Shown here: positions 48,131 to 57,939 of the stretch, piece after piece
How positions within the stretch are numbered: position 1 is the first letter of the stretch
Layout: each line of letters begins with the position of its first letter
From: Acidimicrobiia bacterium
GTDB taxonomy: Bacteria; Actinomycetota; Acidimicrobiia; Spongiisociales; ZC4RG35
DNA: 64,000 nucleotides
NCBI GenBank assembly: GCA_025928935.1
Contig: JAICNB010000001.1
Location: 18,326-82,325 of the forward strand
Direction of reading: 5' to 3'
Made by a program: the position numbers and the translations under genes
Notes under the pieces: generated by a model
Seen by the model: only the letters and a program-made list of their open reading frames with translations
Database searches by the model: none
What the model was told of the DNA's origin: nothing

Positions 48131-48987
48131 CCTTTCACGCCTCCGGCGGTGAGACCGCTGACGATCTGTCGCTGGGCGATGAAGTAGAAGATGAGGGCAG
48201 GGATCATTGCCACGGTGGTGTAGGCCAGGATCGCCGCGGTGTCGGTCACGTACTGAGCGGAGATGTTGTTGATGCCGAGCGGCAGGGACCATTGCTCGGG
48301 TTTGGTCAGGACCAGGAGGGGGAGCAGGAAGGCATTCCAACTTCCTACGATGGTGAGGACCGCGATCGTGCTCAGAACCGGTCGTGACAGGGGGAGCATC
48401 ACGGACCAGTAGAAGCGAAGAGGCCCGCAGCCGTCGATTGCAGCGGCATCTTCCAGGTCCCGGGGGATGCTCCGGAAGAAGGGTCGCAGGATCACTATCG
48501 AAAGCGGAAGCCCGAATGCCGCCTGAGGCAGTGCGATCCCAAGCGCGCTGTTGAGGAGACCGGTCTGGCGAAGCGTGATGAAGAGGGGGAGGATGGCCAC
48601 TGCCACCGGGAACAGGAGTCCAAGCGTGAACAACGCGTACACCACTTCCCGACCCCGAAATCGGTAGCGGGCAATTACGAAGGCCGCCAGCGATGCCGCG
48701 GGAAGCACCAGGATCGTCGTGCCCAAAGCGATGAGGACGCTGTTCCGAACCCACTGGTAGAAGGCGGGATCGCTGAGAGTGGTCTGGTAATTGGTCCATA
48801 CCCATGGATTGGGAAGGCCCACCGGGTCCGCCGCCAGCTGGGCGTTGCTCCGGAAGCCTCCGAGCACAGAGAAGCTGAGCGGAACCACGATCACCAGCAA
48901 GACGGCGACCGCGATCGAGTAGAGGAGCACCCTGCCCGGGTCGAGCCGTCGAGCGCGATGCGGAATGTTGGCGGTGACGGTGGCCAT
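48127..48987 (-). CDS. carbohydrate ABC transporter permease (MalG-like)
   Basis: EAA loop region (LEDAAAIDGCGPLRFYWSVMLP); 6 TM; in-frame ATG at 48987. Confidence 0.85.
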   Translation of the reverse strand: MATVTANIPHRARRLDPGRVLLYSIAVAVLLVIVVPLSFSVLGGFRSNAQLAADPVGLPNPWVWTNYQTTLSDPAFYQWVRNSVLIALGTTILVLPAASLAAFVIARYRFRGREVVYALFTLGLLFPVAVAILPLFITLRQTGLLNSALGIALPQAAFGLPLSIVILRPFFRSIPRDLEDAAAIDGCGPLRFYWSVMLPLSRPVLSTIAVLTIVGSWNAFLLPLLVLTKPEQWSLPLGINNISAQYVTDTAAILAYTTVAMIPALIFYFIAQRQIVSGLTAGGVKG

Positions 48988-49934
48988 CAGCCGGTCAGCG
49001 CTCCTTCCAGGTCGCGTCGCAGGACGAAGCGCTGATACAGCAGTGCCACGAAGAGGGACAAGACGAAGATGATCACGGACACAGCGCTGGCATAGCCGAA
49101 CTGACCCCGCCTGAACCCCCAGTCGACGAGATAGGTGGCCATGGTCGCCGTTGCGTTGACCGGACCACCCTTCGTGGTCACCCAGACCAGGTCGAAGAGC
49201 TGGAGGGCTCCGATGATCGAAAGGAAGATCGAGACCCGGATGGTGGGGCCGAGGAGGGGAAGGGTGACATATCGGAATCCCTGCCACCAGGTCGCCCCAT
49301 CGATGGAGGCTGCCTCTTCGAGCTCGTCGGGTATGGTCTGCAGGCCGGCCATGATCAGCACCATGTGGAGCCCGAAGTACTTCCACGAGATGACGAAGAA
49401 CAAGCTGTAGAGAGCGATGCCGGGATCGGCCAGCCATTCCCGGCTCAGCGAGTCAGCACCGACGGAGCCGAGCATCACGTCGAAGAGGCCCTCGGGGCGG
49501 AAGATCTGCCGCCATACAACGCCTGTGACCACCTCGGAGAGGATGAACGGGGCGAAGTACATGGTGCGGAACAGCCCTCGGCCTTTGAGCTTCCGGCTCA
49601 GCAAGACGGCCAGGGAGATGGCGAACGGGATCTGGAGGGCCAGGGAAAGCCCGATGATGATGAAGTTGTGCTGGATCGCTTCGATGAAGTCGGGATCAGC
49701 GAAAGCATCCATGAAATTTTGCAGCCCCACCCAGTCCGTGAGCGGGGCCAGGCCATTCCAGTCGTACCCGCTGTAACGGATGCTCTGGGTGATCGGGTAA
49801 AGGACGAAGACCCCGTAGAGGATGAGGGCCGGCAGGAGGAAGCCGAACACCACCGGCCAGGGCGCGACTCCAGGCCGGCGGAGGGGGCGCCGCCCTGGAC
49901 GAGGCGTGTCAGCGATTCCGGCAGTGCTCGTCAT
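48987..49934 (-). CDS. carbohydrate ABC transporter permease (MalF-like)
   Basis: ATG at 49934 (MTSTAGIADTP...); EAA loop (LEEAASIDGATWWQGFRYVTLP); the upstream part of the 467-aa ORF overlaps the SBP gene and is discarded. Confidence 0.85.
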   Translation of the reverse strand: MTSTAGIADTPRPGRRPLRRPGVAPWPVVFGFLLPALILYGVFVLYPITQSIRYSGYDWNGLAPLTDWVGLQNFMDAFADPDFIEAIQHNFIIIGLSLALQIPFAISLAVLLSRKLKGRGLFRTMYFAPFILSEVVTGVVWRQIFRPEGLFDVMLGSVGADSLSREWLADPGIALYSLFFVISWKYFGLHMVLIMAGLQTIPDELEEAASIDGATWWQGFRYVTLPLLGPTIRVSIFLSIIGALQLFDLVWVTTKGGPVNATATMATYLVDWGFRRGQFGYASAVSVIIFVLSLFVALLYQRFVLRRDLEGALTG

Positions 49935-50005
49935 CGACTCGGTCGTCGTTGGAGGGCCGCCAGGTGGGCGGCCCTCCACGACTTTGCTCACGTTACGGCC
50001 GGTGC

Positions 50006-51391
50006 TCAGGCCGCGGCGTCGGTGATCGCCTGGGTCACCTCTTCGGGGGTGGCCTCCCCCGCGAACAGAGTGGCCACTGCGTCGTTCACCGCCGCTCCCA
50101 GCTCCGGTGTGAAGTACTGGTCCAGGTAGAGCTGGACGAAGCTCGCCTGGCCCAGCCCCGCCAAGACCTGCTGCTGGTAAGGATCGGTGATCGAGTCTTC
50201 GCTGCCCTTGGTCACAGGGAGCGTGGTCCCGGTAGCACCGACGATCCTGGCGTTGTCGACGTTGGTGATGAACTCCAGGAACTCCACCGCCTCCGGCTCC
50301 GCATCCTTTCCGACGGCGAAGCCGTCGCCACCGCCGAATGCATCGGTGGGCTGACCGGATCCGCCTTCCACGGTTGGGAAGGGGAACCAACCGAACTCAC
50401 CGGGCAGCCGCTCCGCGATCGGGTCCTCGGGCGTCCCGATTCCGGATTGGTTGGCGTAGGCCCCCGGGCCCCATTGGCCCATCAGGCTGATCGCGGCCTG
50501 ACCGGTTCCTATGGTCCCCGACTCGCCATCCGGTGCGTCCCAGGGTGCGGCCAGGAAGCCGGGCTGGAACGGCTCGATATCGATGAGTCGCTGCAATTGA
50601 TTGCCCGCTTCGATGAACTCCGGCTTGTTGAAGTCGAGGTCCTCGGTGACCTGAGCCATTGCCGCCTCGCCACCCTCGCGGATCATCAGATATGAGTAGT
50701 AGAAGTGGGCCGGCCACTTGTCACCTGCCCCCACCGCGATCGGGGTGATCCCGGCATCTTTGAGCGTCTGAACGTCCTCCAGGAACTCGTCCCAGGTGGC
50801 GGGGGGGCCATCGATCCCGGCCTGGGTGAACAGGTCCCGGTTGTACCAGAACCCGACCATCCCCAGGTTGAAGGGGACGCCGTATTGGACGCCGTCAACC
50901 TGGTACAGGCCCACGGCGCCCTCATTGAGGTTGCCGATGAAGCCCGACGATGCATCGGTGATGTCCTGCACCAGTCCGGCCTCGACCTGCTCCCGTAAGC
51001 CGCCGCCACCCCAGGACTGGAAGAGGTCGGGGACATCGCCTGCCTGCAGGTTGGTCTGGAGCGCGGCCTTGAAGGCCTCGTTCTCCATGACCGTGATCTC
51101 GATGGTGACGTTGGGGTGCTCGGCCATGAAGGCATTCGCCATGTCCTGCCACACGGTCATCATCGGGTCGGTGTTTTGAATGTGCCACCAGGTGATGGTT
51201 ACCGGCTCCTCGGAGGATGCCGCCGTGGTGGCGGCCCCGGCGGCCGCCGTCGTGGTGACGGCCTCGCCTGCCGTGGTCTCGGTCACTCCCCCGGCGGTGG
51301 TGGTGACGTCCGCCGTCCCACCTCCACCGCAAGCCGCCAGGACCAGGGCCAGCACCGCGATCAGGGCCAGATGTCTTCTCACTGTCTTCAC
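50006..51391 (-). CDS. carbohydrate ABC transporter substrate-binding lipoprotein (family 1 SBP)
   Basis: Lipoprotein signal with LAAC lipobox; Thr/Ala-rich linker; SBP_bac_1-like length. Confidence 0.85.
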   Translation of the reverse strand: MKTVRRHLALIAVLALVLAACGGGGTADVTTTAGGVTETTAGEAVTTTAAAGAATTAASSEEPVTITWWHIQNTDPMMTVWQDMANAFMAEHPNVTIEITVMENEAFKAALQTNLQAGDVPDLFQSWGGGGLREQVEAGLVQDITDASSGFIGNLNEGAVGLYQVDGVQYGVPFNLGMVGFWYNRDLFTQAGIDGPPATWDEFLEDVQTLKDAGITPIAVGAGDKWPAHFYYSYLMIREGGEAAMAQVTEDLDFNKPEFIEAGNQLQRLIDIEPFQPGFLAAPWDAPDGESGTIGTGQAAISLMGQWGPGAYANQSGIGTPEDPIAERLPGEFGWFPFPTVEGGSGQPTDAFGGGDGFAVGKDAEPEAVEFLEFITNVDNARIVGATGTTLPVTKGSEDSITDPYQQQVLAGLGQASFVQLYLDQYFTPELGAAVNDAVATLFAGEATPEEVTQAITDAAA

Positions 51392-51413
51392 TTAGTCCTC
51401 CTTCCGTGCCTCC

Positions 51414-51433
51414 GTCGTAATCGTTTTCAATGG
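51414..51433. promoter_or_regulatory. candidate LacI-family operator half-site upstream of the sugar ABC operon (shares CGTTTTCAA with the site at 52527-52546)
   Basis: GTCGTAATCGTTTTCAATGG in the 78-bp SBP/LacI intergenic region. Confidence 0.25.
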
Positions 51434-51469
51434 CTCAGGTCTTATCTGTGTCCTCCTCTTCGATGTCTG

Positions 51470-52498
51470 TCAGATGGTGAATGACTCAGAAGACGGGGCC
51501 CGGCACGATCCCCGCACCACGAGCTCGGTGGGAAGCGTCTTGTGGACCGGCTCCAGGAACGGGTCGGCGATGTGGTCGAGGAGCAGCCTGGTCGCCACAT
51601 AGCCCATCTCTTGGATCGACTGGTCGATCGTGGTCAGCGGGGGATCGGACAGGGCCGATTCCGGGATGTTGTCGAATCCGATCACCGATAGGTCGTCGGG
51701 CACCGACATGCCCACCGTCCGGGCCACGTCGATCGTGGCCAGCGCCGAGACGTCATTGGCGGCGAAGATTGCAGTGGGAGGCTCGGCTGACTCGAGAAGC
51801 TCACGGGCCGGGCCCTCGGTGGCCTCCCGGGTGTAGCCACCCACCCTGATCAGATCCGGGTCGAAGACCATGCCTGCGTTGTCGAGAGCCTGCCGATAGC
51901 CCCGCTCACGCAGACGCGCCGATTCCAGGTCGGGCCGGCCCGCAATGAACCCGATGCGGCGATGTCCGAGGCGAATGAGGTACTCGGTCGCCGTGACGGC
52001 GCCCTCGAGGTTTTGCGATTCGACCGTCGCCAGCGAGGAGACGCCGGCGTGGGGGTCGACTGCGACCACCGGGGCGTTGCTGGGGACATCGACGACGGTC
52101 GGGGTGACGAGGAGGGTGCCGTCGGTGAGGGTCCCGTTGACACGGGAGAGATAGCGGCGCTCCCAACCGACCTGGTCCCCGACGTGGCCGCCCCCGGAGT
52201 ACACCACCAGCTCGTAGCCGGTGGAGCGGATGGCACGGGCAGCCCCTTTGAGGAGCTCAGCGCTGAACGGCTCGATGTCGGCCACGATGATCCCAATGAC
52301 ATTGGTGCGACGGCTCCGCAGGCTGCGCGCCACGAGGCTCGACTCGTACCCGAGGTCCTCGATGACGGCCTGGACCCGGGTGTAGGTGCTCTGGGCCACT
52401 CCGTATCGACCGTTCACCACCCGGGAGACGGTGGCGATCGACACCCCCGCTCTCTCGGCGACGTCGCCGATCGTGATCCGACCGTTGGCCTCTTTCAT
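51470..52498 (-). CDS. LacI-family transcriptional regulator
   Basis: N-terminal HTH (ITIGDVAERAGVSIATVSRVVNG) and periplasmic-binding-fold C-terminal domain. Confidence 0.85.
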   Translation of the reverse strand: MKEANGRITIGDVAERAGVSIATVSRVVNGRYGVAQSTYTRVQAVIEDLGYESSLVARSLRSRRTNVIGIIVADIEPFSAELLKGAARAIRSTGYELVVYSGGGHVGDQVGWERRYLSRVNGTLTDGTLLVTPTVVDVPSNAPVVAVDPHAGVSSLATVESQNLEGAVTATEYLIRLGHRRIGFIAGRPDLESARLRERGYRQALDNAGMVFDPDLIRVGGYTREATEGPARELLESAEPPTAIFAANDVSALATIDVARTVGMSVPDDLSVIGFDNIPESALSDPPLTTIDQSIQEMGYVATRLLLDHIADPFLEPVHKTLPTELVVRGSCRAPSSESFTI

Positions 52499-52526
52499 GA
52501 TCTGCCACCCGTCGATTCGGTAACGA

Positions 52527-52546
52527 TGTCGATAACGTTTTCAACA
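52527..52546. promoter_or_regulatory. candidate LacI-family operator (imperfect 20-bp palindrome TGTCGATAACGTTTTCAACA centred on ACGT) in the lacI promoter region
   Basis: 16/20 self-complementary positions; resembles the generic LacI-family TGAAAACGTTTTCA-type operator. Confidence 0.35.
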
Positions 52547-52607
52547 TAGCTACCCGCTGCTCTGGGCGACGCCAGAACCAGGGGTTTTCTCTTCCGATCT
52601 TCCGAGG

Positions 52608-54203
52608 TCAGCCCTTGGCGAGACGGAGCATCGACCACGAGATCGGGGGTATGTGCAAGGTCAACTCATCTCCGTCGTGGTGCCACGGGGCCTCGTGGGG
52701 CGGGCCGCCCTCCCCATTCTTCCCCCGTGTAGTGGGTGTCTTCCCTTCCATGACCAGGTGCTCGAGGATTTCGACGGCGGCGAGGGCCGAAAGGTCGATC
52801 GATACCTGGGCCGGCTCGGTCGTCGACCGGTTCACCGAGAAGATCGTGACGGACCCGGCGAGATCATCGTGGGCCGCCACCGTGTCAAAGGCAGGGACCT
52901 CGCCATGGCTCTCGGTCTCGAGCGAGGGCCCGGTCGGCGAGGTGCGGAGAATGTTCCCTGAGGCGAAGCGCGCGGTCAAGGCGAAGGGGTGGTAGATGGC
53001 TGTCGCCCGGGCCGGCGCGTCCGGCTCGGCGTGAATTGGCGCGATCGTGTTGACGAGTTGCGCCTGGCAAGCAACCTCGACACGGTCGACATTACGAAGC
53101 AGTGTGATCAGGAGTGACCCGACCACCACCGCGTCCGCGAAGGTGTATTCGTCCTCGCACAATCGTGGGGCATGCCTCCATCGAGGATCTGCGCTCCGCG
53201 ACTCATGGCGACCCATGTACCACACGTTCCACTCGTCGAACGAGATCCCGATTCGCTTGCTCGACCCTTTCCTCCTGGCAACCAGGTCCGTGATCGCCAC
53301 GATCTGGCGAATCTGGTCGTCCATGGCGGCCCCGGAGGCCAGGAAGCTGGACAGGTCCGATGCCTCGGGGTCGTAGTAGGCATGGGCCGATATCAGGTCG
53401 ACTTGGTCGTGGCAATGTTCCAAGACGGTCTCGTCCCAGAATCCGAACGTCGGCATGTCACGAGCGGAGCTGCCACATATGACCAATTCGATGGTGGGAT
53501 CGATGGTTCTCATCGCCTGGGCCGTTTCGGCGGCAAGTCGCCCGTAGTCCGCGGCCGACTTGTGTCCAATCTGCCATGGGCCGTCCATCTCGTTCCCCAG
53601 ACACCACGTCCTCACTCCGTACGGCCTTTCCCTGCCGTGGCTGCGACGCAGCTCCGACCGCTTCGTTCCCCCGGTGACGTTGGCGTACTCCACCAGCTCG
53701 GCCGCGGCCCGCGCTCCACGGGTCCCGAGATTGACTGCGAGCATGATCTCGGTCCCGGCCTTGACCGACCAGCGGGCGAATTCGTCCAACCCGAACGTGT
53801 TGGGCTCGAGACTGTGCCAGGCCCGCTCGCGTCGCGCCTTGCGCTGGTCGATCGGCCCCACCCCATCCTCCCAGCGATAGCCGGAGACGAAGTTGCCGCC
53901 CGGGTAGCGCACGATTCTGACCCCGAGCTCTCTGACCAGGGCCAGGACATCGGTTCGGAAGCCCTCTTCATCAGCCCATGGGTTCTCCGGCTCATAGAGC
54001 CCGCCATAGACCCCGCGGCCCATGTGTTCGACGAGAGAGCCGAAGATCCGACGGTTGACCGGGGCCACGATGTCGTCTGGGTCGATCGCCATCGACACCC
54101 GAAACGGGTCATCGGACATTCCCCGCCACGGTAACTGAGCGACCAGACCCGTCCGCCCGGGACTTTGACCGATTCTCTCAATATCGTTGAGGGATGAGCC
54201 CAC
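52608..54203 (-). CDS. GH51 alpha-L-arabinofuranosidase (AbfA-like); true start probably the internal Met near 54122
   Basis: GH51 catalytic signatures (WCLGNEMDGPWQ; FDEWNVWY) and C-terminal beta-sandwich. Confidence 0.8.
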   Translation of the reverse strand: MGSSLNDIERIGQSPGRTGLVAQLPWRGMSDDPFRVSMAIDPDDIVAPVNRRIFGSLVEHMGRGVYGGLYEPENPWADEEGFRTDVLALVRELGVRIVRYPGGNFVSGYRWEDGVGPIDQRKARRERAWHSLEPNTFGLDEFARWSVKAGTEIMLAVNLGTRGARAAAELVEYANVTGGTKRSELRRSHGRERPYGVRTWCLGNEMDGPWQIGHKSAADYGRLAAETAQAMRTIDPTIELVICGSSARDMPTFGFWDETVLEHCHDQVDLISAHAYYDPEASDLSSFLASGAAMDDQIRQIVAITDLVARRKGSSKRIGISFDEWNVWYMGRHESRSADPRWRHAPRLCEDEYTFADAVVVGSLLITLLRNVDRVEVACQAQLVNTIAPIHAEPDAPARATAIYHPFALTARFASGNILRTSPTGPSLETESHGEVPAFDTVAAHDDLAGSVTIFSVNRSTTEPAQVSIDLSALAAVEILEHLVMEGKTPTTRGKNGEGGPPHEAPWHHDGDELTLHIPPISWSMLRLAKG

Positions 54204-55198
54204 TCGTCGACCGGTTCCAGCGACCGGTGCACGATCTCCGCATATCGGTCACCGACCGGTGCAACTTCCGCTGCACCTACTGCATGCCGAAGGAGCTGTT
54301 CGGGAAGGACCATGTCTTCCTGCCTCGGGACCAGCTGCTCAGCTTCGAGGAGATCGATGCGCTGGTGGGGCTCTTCGTCGAGCGCGGCGTCAGGAAGGTC
54401 AGGATCACCGGCGGCGAGCCGCTTCTCCGCAAGGACGTCGAGAAGCTGATCGGGATCCTCCACGCCATCGACGGGGTGGAGGACCTGACTCTCACCACCA
54501 ACGCCTCACTGTTGACACGAAAGGCTCGCTCCCTGGCCGCGGCCGGGTTGGACCGGGTCACGGTGAGCCTCGATGCGTTGGACGACCCCACCTTCCAGAA
54601 GATGAACGACGTCGGGTTCCCGGTTGCCGCCGTGCTCGACGGTATCGAGGCGGCGGCCGAGGCCGGGCTGGGCCCGATCAAGGTCAACGCTGTCGTCCAG
54701 CGAGGGGTGAACGAGCACGCCGTCGTCGACATGGCACGCCATTTCAAGGGCACTGGGCACATCGTCAGATTCATCGAATACATGGACGTCGGCACCACCA
54801 ACGGATGGCGGCTGGACGACGTGGTGCCGGCCGAGGAGATGGTCTCGGCCATCAACCAGGTCTTCCCACTGGAGCCGATCCCCCCCAACTACCCGGGTGA
54901 GGTGGCGAATCGGTTCCGCTATCTCGACGGGGAGGGCGAGGTCGGGGTGATCGCCTCGGTGACGAGGCCTTTCTGCGGGTCGTGCACTCGTGCCCGTCTT
55001 TCTGCCGAGGGTGTCCTCTATACCTGCCTCTTCGCCTCGTCAGGGACCAACCTCCGCGACGCGATCAGAGCTGGGGACGATGTCGCTGCCATCATCGACC
55101 GGGTGTGGTCGACCCGGGAAGATCGGTACTCGGAGATCAGGTCGGCGCAGACCGTCTCGATCGGTTCCCGGGTGGAGATGAGCTACATCGGGGGGTAG
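54194..55198 (+). CDS. moaA: GTP 3',8-cyclase MoaA (molybdenum cofactor biosynthesis, radical SAM)
   Basis: CNFRCTYC radical-SAM motif; C-terminal CxxCxxC (CGSCTRARLSAEG region); GG tail. Confidence 0.9.
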   Translation: MSPLVDRFQRPVHDLRISVTDRCNFRCTYCMPKELFGKDHVFLPRDQLLSFEEIDALVGLFVERGVRKVRITGGEPLLRKDVEKLIGILHAIDGVEDLTLTTNASLLTRKARSLAAAGLDRVTVSLDALDDPTFQKMNDVGFPVAAVLDGIEAAAEAGLGPIKVNAVVQRGVNEHAVVDMARHFKGTGHIVRFIEYMDVGTTNGWRLDDVVPAEEMVSAINQVFPLEPIPPNYPGEVANRFRYLDGEGEVGVIASVTRPFCGSCTRARLSAEGVLYTCLFASSGTNLRDAIRAGDDVAAIIDRVWSTREDRYSEIRSAQTVSIGSRVEMSYIGG

Positions 55199-55360
55199 GG
55201 GGCGCGCGGTCCTCCAACAACTCGACGGCCCTGACCGGCGGGGCGCGCAGTCAGACAGCGGTTATGTCACCACGGCGGCGGCCCGTCACCCGGGTGCTTC
55301 TGGTCAAGCCCTCCTCAGACTGATGGCTCCAACAGCCGGGAGTCCGACTGCGCGCATCAC

Positions 55361-56383
55361 TCAGCCCTTTGCGAAGATCCGGGCATCGGTGGCCCGGACC
55401 CTGGCTGCCTGCCCGGCCCGGTAGACGGGGCGGGGCCCGATGCGGGCCCGGACCCGGGTGCCACCGTGCAGGGCCAGAGTGACCAACTGGTCGTGACCGA
55501 AGAACTCCGATCCGGCGACGACCGCGTTGGGTGTCTCGCCCAAGGAGATCTGGACGTTCTCGGGCCGGACGATCACAGACACCTTGCCGCGGAGATCGGT
55601 CGTGAAGGAGCCGACCGGGGTGTCGACGCGGCCATCGCGCACGTCGGACTCGAAGACGTCGGCGTCGCCGAGGAAGCCCGCAACCCACGGGTCGGCCGGG
55701 TTGGAGTAGAGGTGGCCCGGGGTGTCCGCCTGAAGCACCCGACCGTCGCGCATGACCGCCACGATGTCTGAAGTGGCCAGAGCCTCCTCCTGGTCGTGTG
55801 TCACGAACACCGCCGTGGTGCGGGCCTCGGTGAGGATCGCACGCAGCTCTCGGCGCACCCGGTCTCTGAGGCTGGCGTCGAGGTTGCTGAACGGCTCGTC
55901 GAGGAGGATGACCTCCGGCCTCGGTGAGAGTGCCCGCGCCAGCGCCACTCGCTGCTGCTGCCCGCCCGACAGCTCGTTGGGCATCCGGTCCTCGAGCCCG
56001 GTGAGACCGACGAGCTCGAGCACCTCGCCGACGCGAGAGCCACGATCGCCGCGTGGCAGCCCATAAGCCACATTCCTCTCCACCGTCATGTGAGGGAAGA
56101 GGGCATAGTCCTGAAACACCATGCCGACCCTCCGCTTCTCCGGTGGCACGAAAACGTCTGCCCCCAGGACGGTCCTCCCGTGGATCTCGACGGTGCCGAC
56201 GGCGTCTTCGAAGCCGGCGATCACCCGTAGAGCCGTGGTCTTGCCACAGCCCGAGGGCCCGAGCAGTGTGACCACACCGCCCTCCCAGACGTCGAGGCTG
56301 AAATGGTCGAGCGCCACTGCATCACCGAACGACCTGGTCAGATCGCGGGCGCGGATGGCGAGACGATCAGTCGCTGAGCTCAC
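55361..56383 (-). CDS. ABC transporter ATP-binding protein (Fe3+/polyamine-type, FbpC-like with C-terminal TOBE domain)
   Basis: Walker A GPSGCGKTT; LSGGQQQRVALARAL; Walker B ILLDEP. Confidence 0.85.
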   Translation of the reverse strand: MSSATDRLAIRARDLTRSFGDAVALDHFSLDVWEGGVVTLLGPSGCGKTTALRVIAGFEDAVGTVEIHGRTVLGADVFVPPEKRRVGMVFQDYALFPHMTVERNVAYGLPRGDRGSRVGEVLELVGLTGLEDRMPNELSGGQQQRVALARALSPRPEVILLDEPFSNLDASLRDRVRRELRAILTEARTTAVFVTHDQEEALATSDIVAVMRDGRVLQADTPGHLYSNPADPWVAGFLGDADVFESDVRDGRVDTPVGSFTTDLRGKVSVIVRPENVQISLGETPNAVVAGSEFFGHDQLVTLALHGGTRVRARIGPRPVYRAGQAARVRATDARIFAKG

Positions 56384-57938
56384 GGGACATCACCAGGAAG
56401 AGTGGCACGATCGACACGGCGAGGAGAACCAGCCCGGCGGCGGAAGCGCGGGTGAGGAAACCCTCCGCCGTGGAGCTCCAGATCCTTATCGCCAGAGTCT
56501 CGAAGCCGTTGGGGCGGAGGAGGAGGGTTGCCGGGAGCTCCTTCATGACACTGAGGAAGGCGAGAGCGCCACCTGCCACGATGCCTGGCACGGCCAATGG
56601 GACTGTGACTCGGGCCAGGGTCGCCAAGGCCCCCTTTCCCAGGCCGCGTGACGCGTGCTCCATGTCCGGGCTGGCCCGGGACAGCGAGTCCTGGGCGGCG
56701 CCCACCGCCTGGGGGAGGAAGATCGCCGCGTAGATGATCACGAGGTAGACCAAGCTCTGGTACAGCGGCCTGGCCCAGGCGAGGGCGAAGCCGACGGCGG
56801 CCACGCCCACCGTGATGTGGGGCAGGGAATAGGCGCCCCACATGGCCGACTCCACCCACCCCGACAGACGGCCCGGTCTTCTCGTGATGACCATGGCGAC
56901 CGGAAAGGCGAGGATCACCGTCACCGCCGAGGCGATGAGAGCCACACCCAGCGACCTGGCCGCCTCCAAGCCCGGTGACCCGATGGCCTGGCCGGCGTCG
57001 AGACCCCGGGCGAGGGTGACGCTCATGACCGTCAACGGCAGACCAAGGGAGATGAGGGCATAGAGGCCCAGCGTCCCAAGCGCAGCCACCCGGCCCGGTC
57101 CGGTGAGGTGGAGGAGGGCTCGGGCCCGCCGCGGCCGGCGCCCGTGAAGCGCAGCCCGGGACCGGTACTGGCGCTCGACGAGGAGGATGAGGACGGCCAG
57201 GACCATCAGGATCAAGGACAGGGTGGCGGACGGCCTCCGGTCGATCTGTCCCCGGTAGAGGGTGTAGATGGCCCGGGTAAACGTGTCGTAGCGCAGCAGG
57301 GAGACGGCGCCGAAATCCGAGATCGTGTACAGGCCAACCAGCAAACCGGAGGCGACGAGTGTCGGTCTGAGCTGGGGGAGGGTCACCGTGCCAAAGACCT
57401 TCCATCGCCCCGCCCCCAACCCCGTCGCTGCCTCCTCTGTGGCCGGGTCGATGGCGCGCAGCCCGGGGATGAGGCTGAGATGGGCCAGCGGGGCGGTGAA
57501 CAACGAGAGGACGAGCCACGATCCGAGGAAGCCATACGGACTGGGGACCCCGGGGAGGAGGCCGCCGGGCCCGGTGGCTGCGATGACGGTCAGGGCGGCC
57601 ACGTAGGAGGGCACTACGAGGGGCAGGGCGGCGAGGGTCATCCACCCCTTTCGGAGCGGAAGCCGGACCCTGGTCGTGATCCACGCCGTCCCGAGCCCGA
57701 TCGCCACCGATGTGACCGTCACGGCGACCGTGAGCAGAGTGGTGTTGAGGAGCAGCTCCACGAGACGTCCCGCCGGTATGACCAGGGCGGCGCCGCTCCC
57801 GACAACCTGGAAGAGCAGACTGACCGGGGGAATGACGGTGGGGAGAAGGGCGACGCCGGCCGCCGCCCACCAACCTCTGTAACCGGGACGCCGCACCGCC
57901 GCGGGTCGCCGCGGTGCGGTGATCGGCCCGGCAGTCAC
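56367..57938 (-). CDS. ABC transporter permease, duplicated two-domain (FbpB-like iron(III) permease)
   Basis: Two repeated 6-TM permease modules; start assigned to the in-frame GTG at 57938 just after the SBP stop; the 595-aa ORF N-terminus overlaps the SBP gene and is discarded. Confidence 0.75.
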   Translation of the reverse strand: MTAGPITAPRRPAAVRRPGYRGWWAAAGVALLPTVIPPVSLLFQVVGSGAALVIPAGRLVELLLNTTLLTVAVTVTSVAIGLGTAWITTRVRLPLRKGWMTLAALPLVVPSYVAALTVIAATGPGGLLPGVPSPYGFLGSWLVLSLFTAPLAHLSLIPGLRAIDPATEEAATGLGAGRWKVFGTVTLPQLRPTLVASGLLVGLYTISDFGAVSLLRYDTFTRAIYTLYRGQIDRRPSATLSLILMVLAVLILLVERQYRSRAALHGRRPRRARALLHLTGPGRVAALGTLGLYALISLGLPLTVMSVTLARGLDAGQAIGSPGLEAARSLGVALIASAVTVILAFPVAMVITRRPGRLSGWVESAMWGAYSLPHITVGVAAVGFALAWARPLYQSLVYLVIIYAAIFLPQAVGAAQDSLSRASPDMEHASRGLGKGALATLARVTVPLAVPGIVAGGALAFLSVMKELPATLLLRPNGFETLAIRIWSSTAEGFLTRASAAGLVLLAVSIVPLFLVMSRELSD

Positions 57939-57939
57939 A

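Noticed and set aside
48130-48805. N-terminal 225-aa extension of the 1016-aa ORF containing GH3
   Set aside because: It overlaps the well-supported MalG-like permease. The GH3 gene starts at the ATG at 48130, coupled to the permease stop (ATGA).
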